52,039 nucleotides of DNA from Oscillospiraceae bacterium (GTDB lineage: Bacteria > Bacillota > Clostridia > Oscillospirales > CAG-272): NCBI GenBank assembly GCA_015063765.1, contig SVTN01000001.1, positions 1 through 52,039 of the forward strand, in the 5' to 3' direction. Below, in pieces: positions 19,129-27,595 of this stretch. The first letter of the stretch is position 1. Every line of letters starts with the position of its first letter. Under the pieces are notes generated by a model. The model saw only the letters and a program-made list of their open reading frames with translations. It was not told where the DNA came from and searched no databases. Both the position numbers and the translations under genes were made by a program.

Positions 19129-20198
19129 CACTTGATGATCACCTCATGACCGGTTCTGCCGGATTCGTAGATGGCATCGAGGATCTTCATGACCCAAATG
19201 CCGTCCTCGGCGGGAGCAATGCACTTGGTACCGTTCAGCGCGCAGTCGACAAAGTGCGACATCTCGCCCACGAACATTTCGTTGCCCGACTTTAAGTTTT
19301 CCATCGAGGGGGTGATGGTGGAGAGATAGCCGTTGACCGAGGTATAGAACTTGGGGGTGTTACCGAGCGCAACGCCGCCCTTGGTGCCATAGATATCCTT
19401 TCTCGTGACGCTCTCGCCGTTGAGGTCGTAGGAGCATTCGAGAAGGGTGACGGCGCCGTTGTCGTAGCGAATGAGTGCCGTACCGAAATCCTCAATGGTA
19501 TTGGGATCGGTGTCCTTGGCGTCGTCGGGCTTCCAAGCAACGTCATTCTTAAGGTCGGCGCGGCTGCCGAGCTTGTCGGAAACCATGGCAAAGACGCTGA
19601 CGGGCTTCGGGTTGCCCATGAGGAAACGGGTCTGGTCGATCACGTGCACGCCGAGGTCGATAACAGGACCGCCGCCCGAAAGCTCACGGTTGCCGAACCA
19701 GCCGCCGGGGTTGCCGTGCTGACGGAGATAGGTTGCCTTGGAGTAGTAGATGTCGCCCATCATGCCTGCGTCGATAAAGTCACGGACAAGGGCGTTTTCG
19801 TTGCCGAAGCGGAGCACAAAGCCGACCATGAGAAGCTTGCCTGCCTTGTCTGCTTCAGCCTTCATCTCCTCAGCTTCCTGCGTGTTGTATGCCATCGGCT
19901 TTTCGCAAAGAACGTGAAGTCCTGCACGGAGAGCTGCAATAGAGCACTTTGCGTGGTTGACGTTCCAGACGCAAACGTCTGCAGCGTCAAGGTTGCCCTT
20001 TTCCTTTTCGAGCATTTCTTCCACCGAGGTGTAGCGATGTTCCTCGGAAATACCGAAGATGTCACAGGTCTTCTTCATTCTTTCGGGATTGATGTCGCAA
20101 GCGGCAACGATCTCTGCTGCTTCGACCTTTTTATATGCGCTAAGGTGGGTGTTTGCGATGTTACCGCAGCCGATCATGGCAATTCTAAGCTTTTTCAT
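19128..20198 (-). CDS. Gfo/Idh/MocA family NAD(P)-dependent oxidoreductase
   Basis: MKKLRIAMIGCGNIANTH Rossmann N-terminus, an EKP motif, and a C-terminal alpha/beta domain. Confidence 0.9.
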   Translation of the reverse strand: MKKLRIAMIGCGNIANTHLSAYKKVEAAEIVAACDINPERMKKTCDIFGISEEHRYTSVEEMLEKEKGNLDAADVCVWNVNHAKCSIAALRAGLHVLCEKPMAYNTQEAEEMKAEADKAGKLLMVGFVLRFGNENALVRDFIDAGMMGDIYYSKATYLRQHGNPGGWFGNRELSGGGPVIDLGVHVIDQTRFLMGNPKPVSVFAMVSDKLGSRADLKNDVAWKPDDAKDTDPNTIEDFGTALIRYDNGAVTLLECSYDLNGESVTRKDIYGTKGGVALGNTPKFYTSVNGYLSTITPSMENLKSGNEMFVGEMSHFVDCALNGTKCIAPAEDGIWVMKILDAIYESGRTGHEVIIK

Positions 20199-20239
20199 GG
20201 AGTTGTCCTCTCTTTATATATTTTTATTGGAAAACGAAA

Positions 20240-21097
20240 TTAGTTGGCATTCATAACGGACATGAGGTGATCAAATGCCGTGCCGATATCCTTTTCGGGG
20301 CTGTCGCCGCACTCGCGCTCAATGGTGAGGAAGCCGCGGTAGCCGATGTCCTCCAGCGCCTTCAAGTAGGCGGGGAAAGGAACGGAGCCCGTGCCGAGGG
20401 GCACCTCTTCGAAATACTTGATGCCCTGTGCCTCCTCCGGGACGGGATGCACGACGGAGTAAATGTATTCAGGGTTGCCCTTTACCAGGAGATTGCCGTC
20501 CTTGGCGTGGGTGTGTACGATGTAATCCTTCAGATTGTAAACAGCCCCGACGGGATCGTCGCCCGTTACCATGCAAAGGTTGGCAGGGTCGAGGTTGACG
20601 GCAACGCCGCGAGAGCCGAGGGAGTCGAGAAAGCCCTTTAAGGTCAGCGAGGTTTCGGGTCCCGTTTCAATGGCAAAGTGTGCATCCAGGGAGTCAGCAT
20701 ACTCGGCAAGCTCATGACAAGCCTCTTGCATGATCTTGTAACGGGGGTGCGAGGGATCCTCGGGCACGACACCGATATGGGTAGTGACGATGTCGGTTTC
20801 CATCTCCTTCGCAAGCTCCATGATGCGCTTGGATTTCTCGATGAGAGCGGGGTTCTTGTCTGCGTCGCCGAAGCCGTGACCGAGGTCACCGCAGATGGCG
20901 GAGAAGCAAAGCCCCTGATCCTTGACGAAGGAGAGCAGCTCGCGGCGCGCCTCCTTTGTGAAGTTCTCGGGCGCGTGCTCGCCCGTGGTGCAGTACATTT
21001 GAAGTCCTTTTGCACCCATTTTGGCGGCAGTACGGATGGCGTCGTGCGTTTCCATACGGAAGGATTCCACGATCACGCCGATGGGAAAACGGAACAT
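20240..21097 (-). CDS. sugar phosphate isomerase/epimerase (xylose-isomerase-like TIM barrel)
   Basis: AIETG, NLDPANL, HAKD and TIEREC pattern. I prefer ATG 21097 (AAAGGAG SD) over the track's 21202. Confidence 0.85.
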   Translation of the reverse strand: MFRFPIGVIVESFRMETHDAIRTAAKMGAKGLQMYCTTGEHAPENFTKEARRELLSFVKDQGLCFSAICGDLGHGFGDADKNPALIEKSKRIMELAKEMETDIVTTHIGVVPEDPSHPRYKIMQEACHELAEYADSLDAHFAIETGPETSLTLKGFLDSLGSRGVAVNLDPANLCMVTGDDPVGAVYNLKDYIVHTHAKDGNLLVKGNPEYIYSVVHPVPEEAQGIKYFEEVPLGTGSVPFPAYLKALEDIGYRGFLTIERECGDSPEKDIGTAFDHLMSVMNAN

Positions 21098-21153
21098 ATC
21101 TTTTTCTCCTTTGGTGATTTTGCGGTATTGATGAAAGAAAATGCGCAGGATCG

Positions 21154-21201
21154 CTTGACTTCCTTTCGAGTATATTCTATAATAATTTTGAGAAGCGGTC
21201 A
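21154..21201. promoter_or_regulatory. overlapping divergent sigma-A promoters (AraC gene rightward, sugar operon leftward)
   Basis: Plus strand: TTGACT(21154)-17-TATAAT(21177-21182). Minus strand: TTGACC(21196-21201)-17-TAGAAT(21173-21178). The two -10 boxes overlap. Confidence 0.55.
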
Positions 21202-21240
21202 AGGGGTAATCTTGCGCTTTATTATAACAATATTGCTAAA

Positions 21241-22110
21241 ATGGGTGGTTTTATGAAAAACGAACCGCAAAACATTCCCGCGGACGTCTTTGTCGATAAG
21301 GGCGGGAAAGCGAGGAAGGTGTACGAGCGGCATGATATGAGCCGCTTGCCCATCATCTTACATAAGGACACCGTTATCGGACGCTCCTCAACCTCCAATT
21401 GGCATGAAAATGTCGAAATTCTCTTGTTTCTTGACGGTGAGGGCACGGTGTATCTTGAAAATGCGCCGCTGGATTTTTCGCCGGGCGATATCTGCGTCAT
21501 TGACTCGGGGGAGCTACACCGCGTAGAAAGCGGAGCGAGCGGGAAATGCACCTACTACTGCCTGATCATTGACGGAGAGTTCTGTGAAAGACAAGGGCTC
21601 GCGCATGAGGACGTGCGCTTTGTCAAGCGCATCCGCGACGGAAAGCTCGCCGAAGAATATAACAAAATTGCGGAAGCCTTCAAAGAGCGCGACGATTATC
21701 GCGTGCCTGCCTTAAAGGGTGCGGTGCTTTCCTTTATGGTGCATCTTTTAAGGGAGCATACCAAGGAAGGAAAGCCGAGTGCTGAGCGCGAAAACGAGGC
21801 TGTCCGCACCGTCATCCGTCATATCCGCACCCATTATGCCGAGCCGCTTGAGGTGGATGCGCTCGCCGCCTTGGCAGGGCTCAGTAAGTTTCACTTTTTA
21901 AGAGAGTTCAAGCGCGTGACGGGGCAAACGGTCGTGACCTACATCAACAATCTGCGCATTGAGCGCGCGGTCAGAATGCTCGACGCAGGCAATACCACCG
22001 TTTCCGCCGTTGCCGCCGCCTGCGGCTTTGCGAGCCACGCCTATTTTTCCAAAACCTTTTACCGCCTGCGCGGGGTGCATCCCTCGGCACTTTTGAAGAA
22101 AAAACAGTAA
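21241..22110 (+). CDS. AraC family transcriptional regulator (cupin sensor + HTH)
   Basis: N-terminal cupin-like region and a C-terminal double HTH (LAGLSKFHFLREFKRVTGQT ... ACGFASHAYFSKTFYRLRG). The start may be ATG 21253. Confidence 0.85.
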   Translation: MGGFMKNEPQNIPADVFVDKGGKARKVYERHDMSRLPIILHKDTVIGRSSTSNWHENVEILLFLDGEGTVYLENAPLDFSPGDICVIDSGELHRVESGASGKCTYYCLIIDGEFCERQGLAHEDVRFVKRIRDGKLAEEYNKIAEAFKERDDYRVPALKGAVLSFMVHLLREHTKEGKPSAERENEAVRTVIRHIRTHYAEPLEVDALAALAGLSKFHFLREFKRVTGQTVVTYINNLRIERAVRMLDAGNTTVSAVAAACGFASHAYFSKTFYRLRGVHPSALLKKKQ

Positions 22111-22150
22111 GAAAGGCGCTCTCCTTCGGGAGAGTATCGGTTGAATTCGT

Positions 22151-24442
22151 ATGAATATGAACACAGGCTGGAAAATGTATGCTCTTGAAGATGAAGCCGT
22201 TGCAAAGGAGAGCTTTTCTCCAAAAAACGTCGCCGCCTTCGAGGGAAGGGAGGTGTATGAGAATATCACCGTGCCCGTATGCTTTGAGGAGATCCTGCGC
22301 GACAAGGGAGTTCTCGGAGATCCGTATTTTTCGACGAACTGCTGGGAGTACGCCAAATTCGAAACACACCACCAGTGGTATTTTAAAAAATTCGACTGCC
22401 CCTTTGATAAGCCCGTATTGCGCTTCGAGGGCATCGATACCATAGCGGAGATCTACGTCAACGGGATCCTTGTCGGGAAGACCGACAATATGTATACCCC
22501 CTTCTCTTTTTCCCTGCAAGGGATCGCAAGAGAGAAGGATAACGATCTCGTCGTGCATATTTTACCGTGCATCCTTGAGGCACTAAAAAACGATATGACG
22601 GGAGTGAGTGCCGTCAGCTTCAAGCTTCCCGGGACACAACTGCGTAAGTCGATCGCGTCGATGGGATGGGATATTTTGCTCCGCTCTCCCATGGGCGGCA
22701 TTTGGCAGGATGTGTGCCTTGTGAATGATGACACATGCATCACCGATCTATACGTGCATTCCGAGCTGACCCCGTCCGGCGCCGCTGTATATGTCGAGTA
22801 TGAAACAAATGTTCTTGGAGAGGATTACGAGCTTGTCATTGAGGGCGGATGCCGTGATTCCGTTTTTACGGAGCGCGTGCCGCTTTTACGAACCGACGGT
22901 AAAGCATATTTCTTTTTGCGCTATCCTTATCTTTGGAACATTCGCGGCTACGGCGAGCAAAATCTCTATACCGTCAAGGCAAAGCTGCTTTGCAACGGTG
23001 TTGTGATTCACGAAAAAACGGTGCGACACGGTATTCGTAAGGTGGAATTGCGGCGCACGTCGCTGATCGAAGAAAACGGTTGCTTTGAGTTCCATATCAA
23101 CGGAAAAAAGGTTTTCTTGCTTGGCACAAACTATGTGCCGATCGAGGCGCTCAAGCACATCGACAAGGAAAGAATGCGAAAAACGCTTGCAATGACGGTA
23201 GACACGAATTGCAACGCTATCCGTATCTGGGGCGGCGGTGTTTACGAGTGTGACGAGTTTTACGAGTTTTGTGATGAAAACGGCATCTTTGTTTGGCACG
23301 ATTTTATGATGGCGTGTGCCATTTATTCGCAGAGCGAAGCGTATGCCGAAAACCTCACGCGCGAGGTTACGTATCAAGTGAAGCGCTTGCGCAACCACCC
23401 CTCCCTTTGCCTGTGGGCGGGCGACAACGAGTGTGATAACCTATACACCTTGAAGCAAGACGAAAACGGGAATCCGCTGGACCCCAACAAGCTGAATACC
23501 TTAACACGTATTGTGGTGCCGCGCGCTCTCTTTGCTTTGGACACCACCCGTCCGTATCTGCCTTGCTCCCCGTATATGGATGAGACAGGGTATCTTAACA
23601 AAAAGCGGCTTGCCGAGGAGCACCTTTGGGGACCGCGAGATTATTTTCGTAGCGATTTTTACAGTAAGGCAGAGTGCTATTTTGCTTCCGAAACAGGTTA
23701 TCACGGATGCTCTTCTCCCGCTTCGCTTCGCAAGTTCTTAAAGGCTCCGTGGCCGATATTCGATGAAGAGGGACGCCCCACCAAGGAATATCTCGCCCAC
23801 GCCGTTTCGGTCGTTGACGATTACAATTCTCCCTATGCTTACCGCATTCGCCTGATGAGCGATCAGGTGGAAACTCTTTTTGGCAAAAGCTTTGATAATA
23901 TCACGGATTTTGCCAAGGCAAGCCAGATCTCCCAAGCCGAGGCGGATAAATATTTTATCGAGCGATTCCGCATCCGACGCAACGAATACGGTGGCATTCT
24001 TTGGTGGAATATGATCGACGGATGGCCGCAGATCTCCGATGCCGTCGTGGATTATTCGATGGATAAGAAGCTTGCCTATTATTACATAAAGACAGCACAA
24101 GCTCCCGTATCCTTGATGATGGATGAAGACGGGAACGAGGTGTCACTCTATTTGGTCTGTGACGTTGCACAGACCGCCACCCTTTCCTATAACGTGATCG
24201 ATGCCTATACGGGAGAGGTGGCTTGTGTGGGTGAGCTTACGGGGAAGCCTTACGCGTCTGTGCTTGTCGCGAAATGGGCACGTCCCGAACAAAAGGCGTT
24301 CTATATCATTCGGTGGACGGATGAAAACGGGCAAACGCATCAAAACCATTTCCACACGGACATTAAGGGAATCGATTACGAAAAATACACGGCAGCCGCC
24401 GCGCGTTATGGACTGCTCGTTTGGGAAGGCTTTGACGAGTAA
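22151..24442 (+). CDS. glycoside hydrolase family 2 (beta-mannosidase / exo-glucosaminidase-like)
   Basis: 763 aa. VWHDFMMACAIY, WAGDNE (acid/base) and FASETGYHG (nucleophile) resemble GH2 beta-mannosidase motifs. No signal peptide. Confidence 0.8.
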   Translation: MNMNTGWKMYALEDEAVAKESFSPKNVAAFEGREVYENITVPVCFEEILRDKGVLGDPYFSTNCWEYAKFETHHQWYFKKFDCPFDKPVLRFEGIDTIAEIYVNGILVGKTDNMYTPFSFSLQGIAREKDNDLVVHILPCILEALKNDMTGVSAVSFKLPGTQLRKSIASMGWDILLRSPMGGIWQDVCLVNDDTCITDLYVHSELTPSGAAVYVEYETNVLGEDYELVIEGGCRDSVFTERVPLLRTDGKAYFFLRYPYLWNIRGYGEQNLYTVKAKLLCNGVVIHEKTVRHGIRKVELRRTSLIEENGCFEFHINGKKVFLLGTNYVPIEALKHIDKERMRKTLAMTVDTNCNAIRIWGGGVYECDEFYEFCDENGIFVWHDFMMACAIYSQSEAYAENLTREVTYQVKRLRNHPSLCLWAGDNECDNLYTLKQDENGNPLDPNKLNTLTRIVVPRALFALDTTRPYLPCSPYMDETGYLNKKRLAEEHLWGPRDYFRSDFYSKAECYFASETGYHGCSSPASLRKFLKAPWPIFDEEGRPTKEYLAHAVSVVDDYNSPYAYRIRLMSDQVETLFGKSFDNITDFAKASQISQAEADKYFIERFRIRRNEYGGILWWNMIDGWPQISDAVVDYSMDKKLAYYYIKTAQAPVSLMMDEDGNEVSLYLVCDVAQTATLSYNVIDAYTGEVACVGELTGKPYASVLVAKWARPEQKAFYIIRWTDENGQTHQNHFHTDIKGIDYEKYTAAAARYGLLVWEGFDE

Positions 24443-24453
24443 AGGAGAAAAAC

Positions 24454-25794
24454 ATGACACAGCTTATCTTTCGCTATGACACCGAGGATTACGTCAACGA
24501 ATACGCCGCCGAGGGAATTTTACGTGCGATTCGCCCTTTGGATGCCGCAGGCATCACGGGCTGCTTCGTCATTACGGGCAAGCTGATCCCCGCGCTTAGA
24601 AAATGGGGAAGAGGGGACGTTATTCAAGCGCTCGCACGGCATGAGATCGGTACACATTCGTTGGGACATTCCGCGCATCCCACCATCAACGAGTATACCG
24701 ATATTGCGGATTTTGACGTGGCGCTTTCCCGCTTTTTGCAAGAGGAAAATGCGTGCATCGCAATTTTAAAGGAAGCCTTTGGAGAAGAGATTGTCATAAA
24801 CGCCACGAGTGCCCCCGGAAATTCGGTGTCCTACGTCGCACAGTACGGCTATGCGGAGCTGGGCATCCGCGAATATCTTGGCGGATTTACACGGGATGAG
24901 GTGGGTAATCGCCCGATTTATTTCTGCAACGTCATCAACACCTCCACGAGCTTCTGCCTTGACACTCTTTATAAGCTCACAAGGGCTGAAATCGACGGCG
25001 TGATCGAGGAGCTTGCGGGAAAAGCGGTCGCCATTCTTTGCCATCATCCCGCGATGAATATGCTTCGTGAGTTTTGGGACAAGGTCAACTACGACGGCGT
25101 GAACACACCCGAAGAAGAATGGCGCGAAAGCGCGCGGCTGTCCGAAGCCGAAACGGTAACGTGGAGCGAAAATTACGCGTACTTCATCGAGAAGGTCAAA
25201 AACGATCCCCGTTTTGAGATCGTAACCTCGGAAAAAATCGAAGAAAGGCATTTCCCCGTGCGGGATCGCGTGATCGATAAAGCGGTGTTGAAGCAGGTGC
25301 GGGGACAGATCGAAGAGAGCTTTTTCCCCGTGACCGTTCCCGATTCTTATTCGCTTTGCGATCTCGTTTTCGCCTGTCGCGATCTTCTCCTCGGAAAAGA
25401 AAAGCATATTTGCGGTAAGACTTTCGGATTTCTCTCTGCCCCCGAATCGATCACAACACCCGTGACCTTAACACGCGAAGAGCTTACAACGGCGGCAAAA
25501 GAGATCCCCGACACGTTTTTGCCGACAGTCCTCCATGCGGGCGAAAAGCGGATCGGTGTCTCCGACTTTCTGCGTGCCGCCCTTGTGCTCCTCACCGAGA
25601 ATATCGACACGGTTACCGCAATTCCCGCACCGTGGCAAATAAACCTTGACGAATTTCCTATTCTCGAAAAGCTGAATTTGAAAGGTAGCTGGGTACACAC
25701 CAAGGATTTCGAAGACGCTTATATCTCTTCGCGCAGTCGCCTGCAAAGCTATACGATACGTCTTCCGAGGGGTACGAAGAGAATGATATTTTAA
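24454..25794 (+). CDS. hypothetical protein with CE4-like (polysaccharide deacetylase-like) N-terminal motifs
   Basis: RYDTEDY (Asp motif) and THSLGHSAHP (H-S-x-x-H) match the CE4 metal-triad pattern. 11-nt gap after GH2. Confidence 0.5.
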   Translation: MTQLIFRYDTEDYVNEYAAEGILRAIRPLDAAGITGCFVITGKLIPALRKWGRGDVIQALARHEIGTHSLGHSAHPTINEYTDIADFDVALSRFLQEENACIAILKEAFGEEIVINATSAPGNSVSYVAQYGYAELGIREYLGGFTRDEVGNRPIYFCNVINTSTSFCLDTLYKLTRAEIDGVIEELAGKAVAILCHHPAMNMLREFWDKVNYDGVNTPEEEWRESARLSEAETVTWSENYAYFIEKVKNDPRFEIVTSEKIEERHFPVRDRVIDKAVLKQVRGQIEESFFPVTVPDSYSLCDLVFACRDLLLGKEKHICGKTFGFLSAPESITTPVTLTREELTTAAKEIPDTFLPTVLHAGEKRIGVSDFLRAALVLLTENIDTVTAIPAPWQINLDEFPILEKLNLKGSWVHTKDFEDAYISSRSRLQSYTIRLPRGTKRMIF

Positions 25795-25806
25795 TTCTCT
25801 ATACCG

Positions 25807-25839
25807 AAAAAGCTCCGAGCACAATGCTCGGAGCTTTTT
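25807..25839. terminator. bidirectional terminator
   Basis: AAAAGCTCCGAGC-ACAAT-GCTCGGAGCTTTT. Confidence 0.8.
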
Positions 25840-25844
25840 GTAAT

Positions 25845-27488
25845 TCACTTTGCTGTTTTCATCGCTTTTAGGCGCTTCATCACGTCGTTGACACCGCGAC
25901 CGAAATAGTCGTGCAGCGTTTTATATTCCGCGTAAATGGCGCGGTAGCGCGCGACGTTCTCGGGGATGGGGCGGTAGACCTTGTCCGACACCTTAGCAAG
26001 AACGCCTGCCGCCGCCTTGACCGACGGAAATGCACCGCCTGCGACGGCACCGTGAATAGCGCTTCCGAGCGCGCCTGCCTGCTTGGTGCCCACAAGGCGC
26101 AGCTCTCGCTCGGTCACGTCGGCGTAGATCTGCATCAGCAGAGGATTTTTTTCGGCAATACCGCCGCCAACGAGAATGTTACCGACCGAAACGCCCGCCT
26201 CCTCAAAGGCATCGAGAATGCGGCGGGAGCTGAATGCCGTGCCCTCAATGAGTGCGCGGTAGATGTGCTCAGGCTTGGTCGTAAGCGTCATGCCGAGGAT
26301 CATGCCCGAGAGATTGGAGTCCACCAGGATGGAGCGATTTCCGTTCCACCAATCGAGTGCCAAAAGTCCGCTTTCACCGACGCGAAGCGCGGAGGCTTTT
26401 TCAGTCAAGAGTGCATGAATACCGACGCCCTTCTCCTTTGCCTCCTTGGCATAGGATGCGGGAACACAATTTTTGACGAACCAATCAAAATGATCGCCAA
26501 GGCACACCTGCCCCGCCTCGTACGCATAGCGACCCTTGATGTATCCGTGCTTGGCGATGCCGCAGATGCCGCCGACAGGGGCGACCTCGTCGCTCATCAC
26601 CATCTGTACGCCCGACGTGCCGAGAACAAAGAGCATTTCGTTACCGTCGACAATGCCTGCGGCGGGAACGGCGGCGTGCGCGTCAATGAGGGCGGCGGAA
26701 ACAGAGGTTCCCTGTGGAACACCAAGCTTCTTTGCCCATTCCTCCGTCACCCCCCCGATGCTCTCACCGGGATAGACGATCTCATCCGTCAGCTTTTCCT
26801 TGAAAACGCCGTCAAGAAGGGGATGCAGGGTTTTGAGCACGTCGTTCGGGGGGAAGCCGTCCTCCTCGGTGTACATCGCCTTGAAGCCTGCAATGCCGCA
26901 GCTCATGGTACGGTGTCCCGTCAGCGTCCAGGTCATAAAGTCGCCGCCCTCAATAAAGACGTCCGCCGCACGATACACCTCGGGGGCGTGATCGGCAATC
27001 TCGGCAAGCTTGGGAATGAGAAATTCGTTGGAGAACTTTCCGCCAAAGCGACGGAGCAGCTCGCTTCCCGCCATGAGCTCCGACAGCTTGTCGGCGTAGG
27101 GCGTCGCCGCATGGTGCTTCCAAAGCTTGGCGTAGGCGTGCTTGTTGTGCTTGAAGGCTTCGTCAAAGCAAAGGGGCGTACCGTCCGCCTTTGCGGGGAT
27201 GAGGGTGCAGGAAGTAAAATCAATGCCGATGCCGACGACGGCATCTCCCGAAACGCCCGCCGTTTTCAAAACGGTGGGAATGGCGTATTCCAGCGCCTCT
27301 AAATAGTCGCGGGGATGCTGTAAAGCAAAATCGGTGGGTAAGGCGGTACCGTCAAGGAATTTTTCCGACATGACCGCGTGGGGATATTCATAGACCGCTT
27401 CGGCACATTCTTCGCCATTTTCAAGATTTACAAGAAGGGCGCGTGCAGAGAGAGTACCGTAATCAATGCCGATGGAGTATTTAGACAT
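25845..27488 (-). CDS. araB: ribulokinase (FGGY family)
   Basis: MSKYSIGIDYGTLSARALLV ... IGIDFTSCTLIP is collinear with AraB as I recall it. AAAGGAG SD before ATG 27488; the track start at 27548 is too long. Confidence 0.85.
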   Translation of the reverse strand: MSKYSIGIDYGTLSARALLVNLENGEECAEAVYEYPHAVMSEKFLDGTALPTDFALQHPRDYLEALEYAIPTVLKTAGVSGDAVVGIGIDFTSCTLIPAKADGTPLCFDEAFKHNKHAYAKLWKHHAATPYADKLSELMAGSELLRRFGGKFSNEFLIPKLAEIADHAPEVYRAADVFIEGGDFMTWTLTGHRTMSCGIAGFKAMYTEEDGFPPNDVLKTLHPLLDGVFKEKLTDEIVYPGESIGGVTEEWAKKLGVPQGTSVSAALIDAHAAVPAAGIVDGNEMLFVLGTSGVQMVMSDEVAPVGGICGIAKHGYIKGRYAYEAGQVCLGDHFDWFVKNCVPASYAKEAKEKGVGIHALLTEKASALRVGESGLLALDWWNGNRSILVDSNLSGMILGMTLTTKPEHIYRALIEGTAFSSRRILDAFEEAGVSVGNILVGGGIAEKNPLLMQIYADVTERELRLVGTKQAGALGSAIHGAVAGGAFPSVKAAAGVLAKVSDKVYRPIPENVARYRAIYAEYKTLHDYFGRGVNDVMKRLKAMKTAK

Positions 27489-27519
27489 GCTTGGCTCCTT
27501 TGGATGGTTTTTCAACTGC

Positions 27520-27548
27520 ATTATAGCATAAGTGCGAAGGTTTGTCAA
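27520..27548 (-). promoter_or_regulatory. sigma-A promoter for araB
   Basis: Minus strand TTGACA - 17 nt - TATAAT. Confidence 0.6.
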
Positions 27549-27552
27549 TGAA

Positions 27553-27585
27553 AGAAAAAAGGAAGCTCCGCAAAGAGCTTCCTTT
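27553..27585 (-). terminator. rho-independent terminator of the 487-aa gene
   Basis: AGGAAGCTC-loop-GAGCTTCCT followed by a T-run on the minus strand. Confidence 0.7.
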
Positions 27586-27595
27586 GAACATGTTT

